Assembly: GCF_004010195.1 (NCBI RefSeq)
Contig: NC_057719.1
Span: forward strand, 6,420,561 to 6,453,479
Direction: 5' to 3'
DNA length: 32,919 bases
DNA from: Chiloscyllium plagiosum
Lineage: Eukaryota
Below are positions 21,545 through 32,733 of the stretch, one piece after another. The position numbers were made by a program, and so were the translations under genes. Positions within the stretch are counted from its first letter, which is position 1, and each line of letters starts with the position of its first letter. Below the pieces are notes generated by a model, which was given only the letters and a program-made list of their open reading frames with translations, was not told the DNA's origin and ran no database searches.

Positions 21545-22031
21545 TTTTCTCAATACCTCCATATGAATGCCATATTTTTTGCCAGTGCTGTCACAATATG
21601 CCACATTCAAAAATCCATGCAAACAAGCTCTCAGGTTCCCCAGTCCTTGCACAATCTTTTAAACAAGGTCATGGGGTTTACACTGCCTCTCCCCATTGAG
21701 AAAAACACATCACCTCACACTTTACTGAACTAAACTCCACCTGCTATTTGTCTGGCCGTCTGGCTAGCCACTCCATGTCCAGTTATCCTCCACTGTAACG
21801 CCTCCACGTTTTGATATCAATTGTCATTTTTGAATTCCCATATCCACAGCATATTATTTCAAATTATCCCAATATATTAAGAAGATAAACCATGATCGAT
21901 TGAGTGTTGTTAGGGAAGGATATTAAGAATTATAGGATCAAGGCGATGCGAATCAGGAATGATTAATCAAGTGATGAAGCAGCCATAAGATGCTGAATGG
22001 CCTCCACCTGTTTCTGTCTTCCTAAACTAGT

Positions 22032-22244
22032 GTAGATTAGAGTGGTGCTGGAAAAGCACAGCAGGTCAGGCAGCATCCGAGGAACAGGGAAATCAACGTT
22101 TCGGGCAAAAACCCTTCATCAATAAGGACGTTTGCCCGAAACGTCGATTTTCCTGCTTCTTGGATGCTGCCTGACCTGCTGTGTTTTTCCAGCACCACTC
22201 TAATCTAGACTCTGATCTCAAGCATCTGCAGTCCTCACTTTTGC
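22032..22244. mobile_element. Fold-back PLE family-1 mini-element with 14-bp TSD
   Basis: CTTCCTAAACTAGT at 22018-22031 and 22245-22258; inverted arms ~22033-22108 and ~22132-22208. Confidence 0.93.
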
Positions 22245-22714
22245 CTTCCTAAACTAGTCTGTCTAGTCTAAATCACAGGGACCTAATCCCAACCATCTGT
22301 TCTTTAGCTGCTTGAATGGATAGAAAAGGAATTGGAACATTTCAGTTTAAATAAGATTAATTATATGCAATCAACATGGAAACAGGTTGCAGTCATGATC
22401 ACAGTGTTCTGTATACCATCCAGTTCCTTCCTACCAGACCTAGATGCCTTCCTGTTTACCAACAGCGAGACAAGTCTTGTAGTTCATTTCCTGAGCATTG
22501 CTGACAGCTTGCTGGCTCTCACTATCGATTTCGAGCAGGGAGGGGATTTGAGAGAGGTGATTAAAATGGCAAAGGGTTTTGATAGGGGAGGACTGGGTGA
22601 GTTAGGGAGATCCTCCTCACAGGCCGGTTCCTGGGCTTGGTCAAAGTGGCCTTGAACAGATCCTGGCAGTGATCATAGCGCCTGACTATCTGCCCCACAT
22701 GCCCAGTTATGTCT

Positions 22715-23190
22715 ATAAGACCGTAAGAAATAGGAACAAGAGTAGGCCATTCCGCCCATCGAGCCTGCTCTGCCATTCAGTAGGATCGTGGCTGATTCAA
22801 CATTCCTCCTGTCCTTTCCCTATAACCCTATGTGATCTATCTCAGCCTTAACTATACACAAGGACCCTGCCCCCACAGCTGTCTGTGGCAAGGAGTTCCA
22901 AAGACTCCCAACCCACTAGGAGAAAGAATGTCTCCTCATCTCAGTCTTAAATTGGTCCCCCTTTATTCTCAGACAATGCCACCTGGTTCTAGACTCTCCC
23001 ATGAGCGGAAACACCCTCTCAGCATTGACCCTGCCAAGCCCTTTAAGAATCCTGTACGTTTTAATGAGATCACCTCTCATCCTCCTAAATTCCATAGAGT
23101 AAAAGTCCCAATCTGTTTAACCTTTGCTAAGAAGACAATCCCTCCATTCCAGGGATCAGCCTGGTGAACCATCTGAACTGCATCCAAAGA
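22715..23190 (-). mobile_element. CR1-type LINE 3' fragment
   Basis: Reverse-complement homologue of the + strand CR1 end at 9130-9340; tail TAAGACCGTAAGA. Confidence 0.85.
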
Positions 23191-23358
23191 AATGGGTCTC
23201 CATTGAGAGGGGACCTGTGGTGTCTGTCAGCTCAAAAGAAACCTTTAGAGAATGGTGGGTACCGTGGGGCTAGGGTACATTGTCACCCTGAAGAATGTTA
23301 TTCTCGTCAGCTTGTCTTCGAAGTTTCCATTAAGCATTTGCTTATGTTTTTGTTGCAG

Positions 23359-23411
23359 TGGTACTCCGGATGCTTAACCTGACCATAGGCTTGTTTAAAT
23401 GGTTAGAAAGG
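23359..23411 (+). other. Candidate 53-nt exon with strong splice sites
   Basis: TTATGTTTTTGTTGCAG|...AAGG|GTAAGT; one open frame VLRMLNLTIGLFKWLER. Confidence 0.5.
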
Positions 23412-23446
23412 GTAAGTAAAGCGAAACATCGCGGTCGCTGCAGGGG

Positions 23447-23762
23447 AGGTGATGGTCTAGTGGTGTCATTGCCGGGCTGCTAATCTAGAGACCTGGGTAA
23501 TATTCTGGGCCCAAGGTTTAAATCCAGCAGATGGTGGAATTTGAATTCAATAAGAATCTGGAATGAAGAGTGTGATGATGAATCTGTTGTCAATTGTTGC
23601 AAAAGCCCCTCTGGTTCACTACTGCCCTTGAGGAAAGGAATCTGCCATCCTTACCTGGCCTCGCCGAGTGCGACTCCATATCCACAGCAATGTAGTTGAC
23701 TCTTAATGGCCCTCTGGGTAGCCTTAAGCCAAATACGCCCACATCCTGAGAGTGAATTAAAA
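23447..23762 (+). mobile_element. Second tRNA-derived SINE family, near full length
   Basis: A box TGGTCTAGTGG, B box GGTTTAAATCC, and 3' end CCCACATCC...GAATTAAAA resembling the LINE family-2 tail. Confidence 0.75.
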
Positions 23763-24204
23763 CTTCAAAATATCGGCTCCTACCAGTACCATCATGACTG
23801 TGGGTACAGGGACATGCAGAGTGTTCCTGCAATTGGAGCTGATGCGGATTTCTAGAATTCCCAGAGCAGCAGAGGATGGTGATGGTTCCATGGAACACTA
23901 GGCTGCTGCCTTCTCTCAGGGTAATGCCATTCTGGTAGTGCCCTCTGCTGTTACTACCAGCCCGTGGGGTAGTGCCATGTCAGTCTGGATCTTCGAGTCA
24001 CCCTGTGAATGCATTTTAACTACAAGTGGCCTCTTCCAGAAGGGAACTGGAGAAGGATTTGAGAAAGTGAAATGGGGATGCTGGACCCATGGGGTTAGCT
24101 GCAGCTACAGAACTGTCACTTACTTTAAAGGGCTGCATTCGGGTCTTCTGTTCTGTCATTCACAGTCCATACTCTCCGCTGATGTTCTGCTGCAGTGCTC
24201 AGGC

Positions 24205-24522
24205 AGTACTTCCTGTTCTGCTATAACATGGTCTTCCTGTTCTCATGCAAACCCGTGTTATAAGAAAATTGCCTAAAAGCAGCACCATTTAATCTAACGG
24301 GGCCAGAATCATATTATAACCAATTCACGCTTTAAAACTTCATGATTTAGAAACAACGTCCCCAATTGTTTAATCGTGTCATAGCAAATGTATCAAAAAG
24401 TGTGGTGCTGGAAAAGCACAGCCGGTCAGGCAGCATCTGAGGAGCAGGAGAGTGATGTTTCAAGCATAAGCTCTTCATCAGATATTTATGTTAATAAAAC
24501 ACTCATTATGCAGAACGACCTG
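24205..24522. mobile_element. Possible non-autonomous DNA transposon (MITE-like), interrupted by a PLE fragment
   Basis: Imperfect inverted ends GTTCTGCTATAA (24215-24226) and TTATGCAGAAC (24506-24516); internal TTATAA repeats. Confidence 0.4.
24393..24481 (-). mobile_element. PLE family-1 terminal fragment
   Basis: GTGGTGCTGGAAAAGCACAG...AAGCTCTTCATCAG. Confidence 0.85.
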
Positions 24523-24576
24523 GACTACACTGTCAACGATGCCATCGTTCTCTGAAGCTCTGTCTCTCCTCTTCAG

Positions 24577-24790
24577 CCCTGGTGTAAAAAAAAAGTCTCA
24601 CACCAGGATGTCCTGAGGTTTTGACATGGGCGTTGTAAACCCAGGTATACGCTAGAGATACAAGAGGCACCAGAACACAAACTATTTCTCTTCAATCTTC
24701 AAGACACTTCAATCGATGTGTTCTCAGAGGGTTCCAGCATTTGCTGGGCTTAGGATAATTGATAGTAATTAAATAAAACGTAAAACCTGA
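24577..24790 (+). other. Candidate terminal exon
   Basis: Acceptor CTCTGTCTCTCCTCTTCAG; AATAAA at 24772-24777; alternative donor CAG|GTATAC near 24645. Confidence 0.3.
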
Positions 24791-25039
24791 CCATCCTGAT
24801 AAAGTGGAGATCTCAATAGTGATGGCCAAATGGCCTGTTGTGTTCAAGCTGTGATTTACTTCCTGCTGGCCTCACGCTTCACGTTTAACCAGCTTATTAT
24901 TTCACAATCAAACCTTTCCTGGAAAGAATAATTTGTTCCAAGAAATTCAATCAGGGAATGAGCTCCATCTTTTCTCACTGAGGTCCTGGAGGTGTTGTCT
25001 CTGCTGTGAGAATATTAAACTGGCATAGTGCCATCCATA

Positions 25040-25352
25040 TCTAACACCCACACATTCCAACACTTACCCACATATAGTACAGACAGAAACACATACACAC
25101 ATCTATCCACTCACAGACAGAAACCAACACATGGACAGAAACTCACACACACACACACACACAAATCTACCCAGACACAGACGGAAACCCACACATACAC
25201 ACAAACTACCCACACAAAGACAAACACACACACACAAGTGTACCCAAATACCTAGCCACACACAAACAAAAGAAGCACAAACATGCCCATATACTCACCC
25301 ATACATCGACATAAACACACAAACACAAACTTCCACATACACAAAAACGGAC
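25040..25352. repeat. CA-rich low-complexity tract
   Basis: Degenerate (CA)n; continues at 26960-27125 beyond nested insertions. Confidence 0.85.
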
Positions 25353-25596
25353 AAAGATGCCCACTTGATTGGTACTGCATCTACAAGCATCCACTCCCTC
25401 TACCACCGACGCTCAGTAGCAGCACTGTGGACTATCTACATGATGCACTGCAGAAATTCACCAAAGATCCTCAGTCTAGCACCTTCCAAACCCACGACCA
25501 CTGCCATCGAGAAGGACAAGGGCAACTGATACCTGGGAACACCACCATCTTTATGTTCCTCTCCAAGCCACTCACCATCCTGACTTGGAAATATAT

Positions 25597-26747
25597 CTTG
25601 TCAACATGAATACCACCATTATACATGGGGACACCTCTCACTATGAACGGGGCAGGTACTCATGTGACTCAGCCAACGTTGTCTATCTCATACGCTGCAG
25701 GGGCAAGGATGCCCTGAGGTATGGTACATTGGTGAAACCGAGCTCAGGCTATGGTAACTGATGACACCGCACAACAATCAACAGACAAGAGAGTTCCCTC
25801 CCACTCGGAGAACACTTCAGTGGTCCGGGACATTCGACCTCGGACCTTTGGGTGACAGTCCTCCAAAGCAGACTTCGGGACAGGCAACAACGCAGAGTGG
25901 CCAAGCAGAAGCTGATAGTCAAGTTCGGTACCCATGGGGATGGCCTCAACTGGGACCTTGGGTTCATGTCACACTACAGGTGATCCCACTGCACTGTACA
26001 CACACACACACAGACACAGACACACACAAACACAAACACTGACACACACATGCACACAGACACACACACACTCACACAGACCCTCTCTCATAGACAAGCT
26101 CTCTCTCATACGCTCACACATACACTCCCACATTCACATGCACACACACATACCCTCTCACAGACTCATAGCCCTTTACACTCACACTCACACACATACA
26201 CACACTCTCTCACAAACATTCATACCCCCTCGCACACACACCCACATGCACACACACACATCTAAGTTTGTGGGGTGATTTTGTACTTGCAGAATTACTT
26301 TTTACTTTGCTCACAAACTGCATGAATCCATGTAAGATTCTTTAATTCCCTTTTTTAGATTAGAATCCATCTCACACAGGGCAACTCACACCTTCAATGC
26401 CTTATCTGGGCCGACAAGGCACCTATTGTTAAAGTTCACTTGAGAATGTAACTTTTAGAAAAGTCCTGGGATTTATATATGAAAGAACTGAAACCAACAT
26501 GGTCATTCTAAAAGATGAGAGACTTAACAAACAATCCAGATCTTTTTAAATATATAATTTCAGTTAGATCACACTGTAAACTTTCGCTATAAATTCTGTG
26601 TCCTATGATCTTATGCTCCAAACCCACCTGATGAAGGAGCGGCGCTCCGAAAGCTAGTGCTTCCAAATAAACCTGTTGGACTATAACCTGGTGTTGTGTG
26701 ATTTTTAACTTTGTCCACCCCAGTCCAACACTGGCACCTCCACATCA
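25597..26747 (+). mobile_element. PLE family 2: GIY-YIG remnant, CA-rich 3' region, hammerhead terminus, 11-bp TSD
   Basis: YSCDSANVVYLIRC(fs)...WYIGETE...GEHFSGPGHS...GLNWD; TSD TGGAAATATAT at 25586-25596 and 26748-26758. Confidence 0.92.
26625..26659 (+). ncRNA. Minimal hammerhead ribozyme motif (family 2), core intact
   Basis: CAC-CTGATGA-A-GGAGC-GGC-GCTCC-GAAA-GCTA-GTG; helix I CAC/GTG. Confidence 0.8.
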
Positions 26748-27124
26748 TGGAAATATATAACTGCCCTTTCACTGTTGCTGGGTCAAAATCCTGGAATTCC
26801 CTCTCTAATGGGGGGCATTGTGGGTCAACCCACAGCAGGTGGACTGCAGCAGTTCAAGAAAGCAACTCACCTCCACCTTCCCAAGGGCAACTAGGGACGG
26901 GCAATAAATGATGGTCCAGTCAGTGACAGCCACATCCCTCAAAATGAATAAATTAAAAAATACACATAATAATACACACAAGCTTACCCACATTCAGACA
27001 TAAACACACACACATACACAAAAACACACCTCGCCTCACGGTGACATAGACACACATACACAAACCTACACATGCACAGGTAGAAACAAAGATTCAACAT
27101 GGGGAGAGATAAACACACACACAC

Positions 27125-27900
27125 ATTGTTTTTATTTAAGCAATCATCTAATGCCCTCTCAAATGCCTCAATTGAACCTGCCTCCACCACACTTCCTGCC
27201 AGTGCATTCCAGATCCTAACCATTCACTCTGTGAAAATGTTTTTTGACGCCTCACATTGAAATCTCTTGCAAATCACTTGAAGTCTTCTTCTCAATCATC
27301 ATAGAGCATAGAAGAGGCCCTTCGGCCCATTGAGTTTGTATCTTCTATTCTATCCTGATCTCCCATCTTCTTTTCCTATTTAATTACTTGTAGAAACTGT
27401 TATATTACTAACTAGCTCCCTCTCTCATGCTTTAATTCCCTCCTCTTTATTTGTTTTTAATTACTTTTGCTGGTTCTTAAATTCTGACCAATCTTATTAC
27501 CAAGAGGTAATCTTAGCAGTGATTCTTTCAATTTGATACTGTTCTTAACTTTCTCATTCAGCCATGGCTGATGCATCCTTCTCAAAGAATATGACAGGGG
27601 TAAATCAGCTGAAAATGAGTTCATATCTCTTTAGAAATTTCCCCTCCTACCTTTTAACCTCGTTTCCAAGTCCACTTTAGCTCGCTCTACCTTCCTGACC
27701 TACAATTAAACTTTATTCAGGTTTAAAACACTAGTCTTAGACCCACATTTCTCTTCTTCAAGTTAAACATGAAACTTTACCATCTTATGGTCACTGTCAC
27801 CCAGAGGTTCCTTTACCATAAAGTTATTGATTAATTCTGTCTCATTGCTCACAATCAGTTCAAGAACAGCATGCTCCCTGTTGGGCTTTAGAGGAAATGA
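27125..27900 (-). mobile_element. Old CR1-type LINE fragments
   Basis: MVRIWNALAGSVVEAGSIEAF (27130-27240) plus decayed ORF2 linker/endonuclease sequence. Confidence 0.65.
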
Positions 27901-27903
27901 AAT

Positions 27904-28195
27904 GGCGGCACAGTGGCTCAGTTGTTAGCACTGCTGCGTCACAGCACCAGGGTCCCAGGTTTGATTCCAGCCTCGGGCGACTATCTGTATGGAGTTTGCA
28001 CATTCTCCCCGTGTCTGCGTGGGCTTCCTCCCACAACCCAAAGATGTGCAGGTTAGGTGAATTGGCCATGATAAATTGCCCACAATGTTAGGTGCATTAG
28101 TCAGAGGGAAATGGGTCTGGGTGGGTTACTCTTCGGAGGGTTGGTGAGGTCTGGTTGGGCTGAAGGGCCTGTTTCCACACTGTACGTAATCTAAA
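27904..28195 (+). mobile_element. HE1-type SINE
   Basis: Head, central motif and tail. Confidence 0.9.
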
Positions 28196-28337
28196 AAAAT
28201 TCTAAGGAATTGTCCTGAGTACATTCTACAAACTGATTTACACAGATGCACTAGAGGAAATGGTCACTGGACGAGCAAGTCATAAATCCCAGTTAATGTT
28301 CTGTGCATTCAAATCCTACTGTGTGAATCTCGTTAAT

Positions 28338-28671
28338 TAGGTTAGATTAGAATCCCTATAGTATAGAAACAGGCCCTTTGGCCCAACAAGTCCATACCGA
28401 CCCTGTGAAGAGTAACCCATCCAGATCCATTTACCAACCCTATATTTATCCCTGACTAATGCACCTAACATTACAGGCAATTTAGCATGGCCAATTCACC
28501 TGACCTGCACATCTTTGGATTATGGGAGGAAACCGCAGTACCTGGAGAAACCCACTCAGACACAGGGAGAACGTGCAAACTCAATGCAGACAGTCACCCA
28601 AGGCTGGAATCGAACCTGGGACCCTGGCACTGTGAGGCAGCAGTGCTAACCACTAAACCACCGTGCCACCC
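28338..28671 (-). mobile_element. HE1-type SINE
   Basis: Full-length copy on the minus strand. Confidence 0.9.
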
Positions 28672-30782
28672 CCATTTACCTAGAATGGAAAGTTAGCCTC
28701 AGTAGGTAATAATATCGGTAGAGAAAGGTTCTGCTGAGGGAATATGAGCAGTTCAGAGATAAACTAAAGAGCAGAATCAGAAAGGTAATTACCTCTGGAT
28801 TACTACTTGAACCACAAGCAAATTTCATACAGTCAACAAGATTAAAGAGGTGGCTCAAAGACTGGTGTTGGAGAAATGGGCTCAAATTCATGGGACATTG
28901 ACACTATTACTGGGAAACAAGGGAGCTGTTCCAACGGGATGGGCTCCACCTGAGGAGATCTGAGGGATCACATAACTAGGGCTGTGGGTAGAGCTTTAAA
29001 CTGAATAGTGGGCGGGGCTTGGATTGGGGAAGGGGTGGGAGAGGCTGGGGGGGCATCAGTTGCATGAAGATTTATGGAAAAATGTTGAAGTGGGGGAGGG
29101 CTCAGCAGAGGTTACTAAGGTGTCTACAAAAAGTAACAGCGGAGAGAGTACAGCAAGGGTCAGGAACCTAACTTCAGGCACAGCAGATGACGGGAACAGA
29201 GCAGTCAATGCCGTACTGAGGGTGTTGTACTTAAATGCACGCAGTTAATGAAAAAAGGTAAATGAGCTTGTAGCGCAGATTGGAATTGGCAGGTACAATA
29301 TCGCATGCATCAGAGAGATCTGGCTGCAAGGGGATCAGGACTGGGAATCAAACATCCTGGGATACACATCCTACCAGAAGAACAGGCAGATGGGCAGATT
29401 GCCTTGTTAGGAAGAAATGAAATTAAATCAATAGCAGTAAGGCATAGAATCAGTGTGGGGAGAGCTGAGGAATGTCGAAGGAAAAAAGACCCAGATGGAA
29501 GCTGTCTACAGGCCTCCTAGCAGTAATCAGCATATGAGGAAGAAAATAAATCAGGAGATAGAAATGACATGTAAGAAAGGCACTATAACAATAATCATGG
29601 GGGCTTCAATATCCAGGTGAACGGGGAAAAATCAGATTGGCAGCGGATCCCAAGAGAAGGAATTTGTGGAATGTCTATGAGGTGGTTTCTTTGAAGCAGC
29701 CGTGAACAGGTAATTCTGGATTTGGTGATGAGGCAGACCTGATTAGGGAGCTGAAGGTGATGGAACCCCGAGGGGCAGTGAGCAGAATATAACAGAATTC
29801 ACCCTGTAGTTTGAGGGGGAGAAGCTGGAATCAGAAGTAACTGTATTAGAATTGAGTAAAGTTAACTACAAAGACATGAGGGAGGAGTTGGCCAGAATTG
29901 ATTGTAAGGGGAGCCTGGTGGGGGAGATGGTGGAGCCGCAATAGCAGGGGTTTCTGAGGGTAATTCAGGAGACACAGCAGAAATTCATTCCAAGGAAGAA
30001 GAGACGTACTCAGGGGAGGATGAGGCAACCATGGCTCATAAAGGAAGTCAGGGAAAGCATAAAAGCAAGAAAAACCATGTAATATGGTGAAGATTTGTGG
30101 AAAGACAGAGGATTGGGAAACCTTTAAAAAACAGCAGAGGGATAACTATAAAAGTAATAAGAAAGACGATGAAATAAGAGAGTAAGCTAATTAGGAATAT
30201 AAAAGGAGATTGCAAGATTTTTTAGATATCTAGAAGGTAAGGGAGAGGCAAGAGTGGACATTGGACCTCTGGAAAATGAGGCTGGAGAAGTAGAAATGGG
30301 GAATAAAGACATGGCAGAGGAACGGAATAGGTACTTTGTATCAGTCTTCATGGTGGAAGACACCAGTCGCTTACCAGAACTTCAAGAGAGTCAGGGGATG
30401 GAGGTGAGTGTAGTGGCCATCACGAAGGAGAAGGTGCTGGGGGAACTGTAAGGTCTGAAGGTGGATAAGTCAGTGTTCTGAAGGAGATAGCTGAGGGAAT
30501 CGCAGAGGTGGTGATCTTTCAGGAATTACTGGACTCAGGGAAAGTCGCAGAGGATTGGAAAATGTAACACTCCTGTTTATGAAGGGAAGGAGGCAGAAGA
30601 CTGGAATCTATAGGTCAGTTATTGGTGAGATTTTAGAGTTGATTATTGAGGATGAGGTTACAGAGAACTTGTAAAATAGGGTTGATTCAGCACGGCTTTG
30701 TCAAGGGGAGGTCATGGTTGACAAATCTGTTAGAATTCTTTGAGGAGGTAATGATAATTAGATAAAAGAGAGCCATTGGACA

Positions 30783-30955
30783 TAGAGTTATAGAATCATA
30801 GAGATATATAACACAGAAACAGACCCTTCAGTCCAACTTGTCCATGCCGACCAGATATCCCAGCCCAATCTAGTCCCACCTGCCAGCATTTGGCCCATAT
30901 CCCTCTAAACCTTATTCATAGATCCATCCAGATGCCCTTAAAGTGTTGTAACTGT
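30783..30955 (-). mobile_element. CR1-type 3' tail nested in the long LINE
   Basis: Reverse complement of the HER1-like 3' UTR. Confidence 0.85.
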
Positions 30956-31520
30956 ATGATCTATTAGGTATTCCAGAAGGCCTATGACAAGGTGCTGCAC
31001 AGTAGGCTGCTAAAAAAGATAACAGCCCATGTTGTTACTGCCATGGAGAGAGAATTGGCTGACTGGCAGAAGGCATAGAGTGGGGATAAAGGGGTCTCTT
31101 TCAGGATGGCAGCTGGTGACTAGTGGAATTCCACAGGGGTCAGTGCTGGGATCACAAAAATTCATATTATACGTTAATGGTCTGGACGAAGGAACTGAGG
31201 GCACTGTTGCTATGTTTGCAGATGACACAAGATTAGGTGGAGGGACAGAGAGGGTTGAGGAAGAGGGGAGGCTGCAAAAGGATTTGGACAGGTGAGGAGA
31301 ATGGGCGAAGAATTGGCACATGGAACAGAATGTAGAAAAGTATGAGGTTTGCACTTTGTAGGAAGATTAGAGGCATGGACTATTTCCTAAATAGGGAAAG
31401 GCTTCCGAAATCTGAAGCACAATGGGACTTAGGGACCTTAGTTCAGTATTTTCTTAAGGTTAACATGCAGGTTCAGTTGGCAGTTAGGAAGGTAATGCAA
31501 TGTTAGCATCATTTCAAGAG

Positions 31521-31704
31521 GTGAAAAATGTGTTGCTAGAAAAGCGCAGCAGCTCAGGCAGCATCCAAGGAGCAGGAGAATCGACATTTCGGGCATAAGC
31601 CCTTCTTCTCCTGCTCTTTGGATGCTGCCTGACCTACTGTGCTTTTCCACCAACACATTTTTCAGCTCTGATCTCCAGCATCTGCAGTCCTCACTTTCTC
31701 CTAG
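31521..31704. mobile_element. Fold-back PLE family-1 mini-element with 11-bp TSD
   Basis: ATCATTTCAAG at 31508-31518 and 31705-31715; inverted arms. Confidence 0.9.
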
Positions 31705-31772
31705 ATCATTTCAAGTGGGCCGGAGTACAAGAGCAGGGATGTACTGCTGAGACTGGATAAGGCTCTCGTGAG

Positions 31773-31859
31773 CTGAAAATGTGTTGCTGGAAAAGTGCAG
31801 CAGGTCAGGCAGCATCCAAGGAACAGGAGAATCGACGTTTCGGGCATAAGCCCTTCTTC
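31773..31859 (-). mobile_element. 87-bp PLE family-1 insertion with 13-bp TSD and intact hammerhead core
   Basis: AGGCTCTCGTGAG at 31760-31772 and 31860-31872; minus strand CTGAAGAAGGGCTTATGCCCGAAACGTC. Confidence 0.92.
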
Positions 31860-32164
31860 AGGCTCTCGTGAGACTGCATTGGGAATATTGTGAGTAGTTT
31901 TAGGGCCTGTATTGAAGGAAGGATGTGCTGGCATTGAAGGGGGTCCAGGGGAGGTTCACAAGAATGATGCTGGGGATGAAGGGCTTGACACACTCGACTT
32001 GTTATGGAGGGCTTGATCCATTCCATCGGTTATGGATTGACATCCTGAAATAACCCCTTATCCCAACTCTCTGTCTTCTGTTAGCCAGTCCATCTTATTG
32101 GCTTCACTCATATCTTGGACAAAGGGAATCTGCCATCTTGTCTGTTCCCATCAGTAACTCAAGA

Positions 32165-32505
32165 CACAAGAATATAAGAACATCAGAACTAGGAGTAGGA
32201 GTAGGCCATCTCGCCCCTCGAACCTGCTCTGCCATTGAATAAAATCATGGCTGATCTTATAATGATCTCAGCTCCACATACCCACCCTCTCACCATTACC
32301 CTCAAAAGTCCATCTATCTTCACCTTAAAAACATTCAACGAGGTAGCGTTAACTGCGTCACTGGGCAGGGAATGCCACAGATCCACAACCCTCTGGGGGA
32401 AGAAGTTCCTCCTCAACTCAGTCCTAAATCTGCTCCCCCTTATTTTGAGGCAATGCCCCCTAGTTCTAGTTTCACCCACCAGTGGAAACATCTTACCTGC
32501 TTCGA
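32165..32505 (-). mobile_element. CR1-type LINE 3' end
   Basis: MFPLVGETRTRGHCLKIRGSRFRTELRRNFFPQRVVDLWHSLP. Confidence 0.9.
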
Positions 32506-32733
32506 TCCCACAAGACCGACAGCAAAGTGGATGAACTGAGCTGTTCGTTTTGTGTCTGCCTCCTCTAGTTATAATCCTTGCATGCCATGTGGTTATTGCT
32601 GCATTTCTTATCCAATCCCCGTGACCACCAAGACAGAATGACGTTTGCCCAGTTCTAAGGGTGGTTCAGTGTTGACCATATTGATGTCGATGAGCAAGCT
32701 GCCTTGTTGTTTACTTGTTTAATATCCTTATCC

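Larger units (their letters stand above)
25355..26960 (+). mobile_element. LINE family-2 3' fragment split by a PLE
   Basis: IHSLYHRRSVAALWTIYMMHCRNSPKIL; resumes at 26748 and ends ATGAATAAATTAAAAAA. Confidence 0.85.
28700..31990 (+). mobile_element. Long decayed CR1-type LINE: ORF1 (esterase-like) end plus most of ORF2
   Basis: KLKSRIRKVITSGLL...WLKDWCWRNGLKFMGH (ORF1-like); LRVLYLNARS endonuclease start (~29216); SGIPQGSVLG and MFADDT RT motifs (31120-31230); many stops. Confidence 0.88.

Noticed and set aside
23938..24276. 112-aa ORF
   Set aside because: Non-ATG start, runs into a probable transposon end, no recognisable domain
25028..26278. His/Thr-rich ORFs (also 12037-12375)
   Set aside because: Translation artefacts of (CA)n tracts
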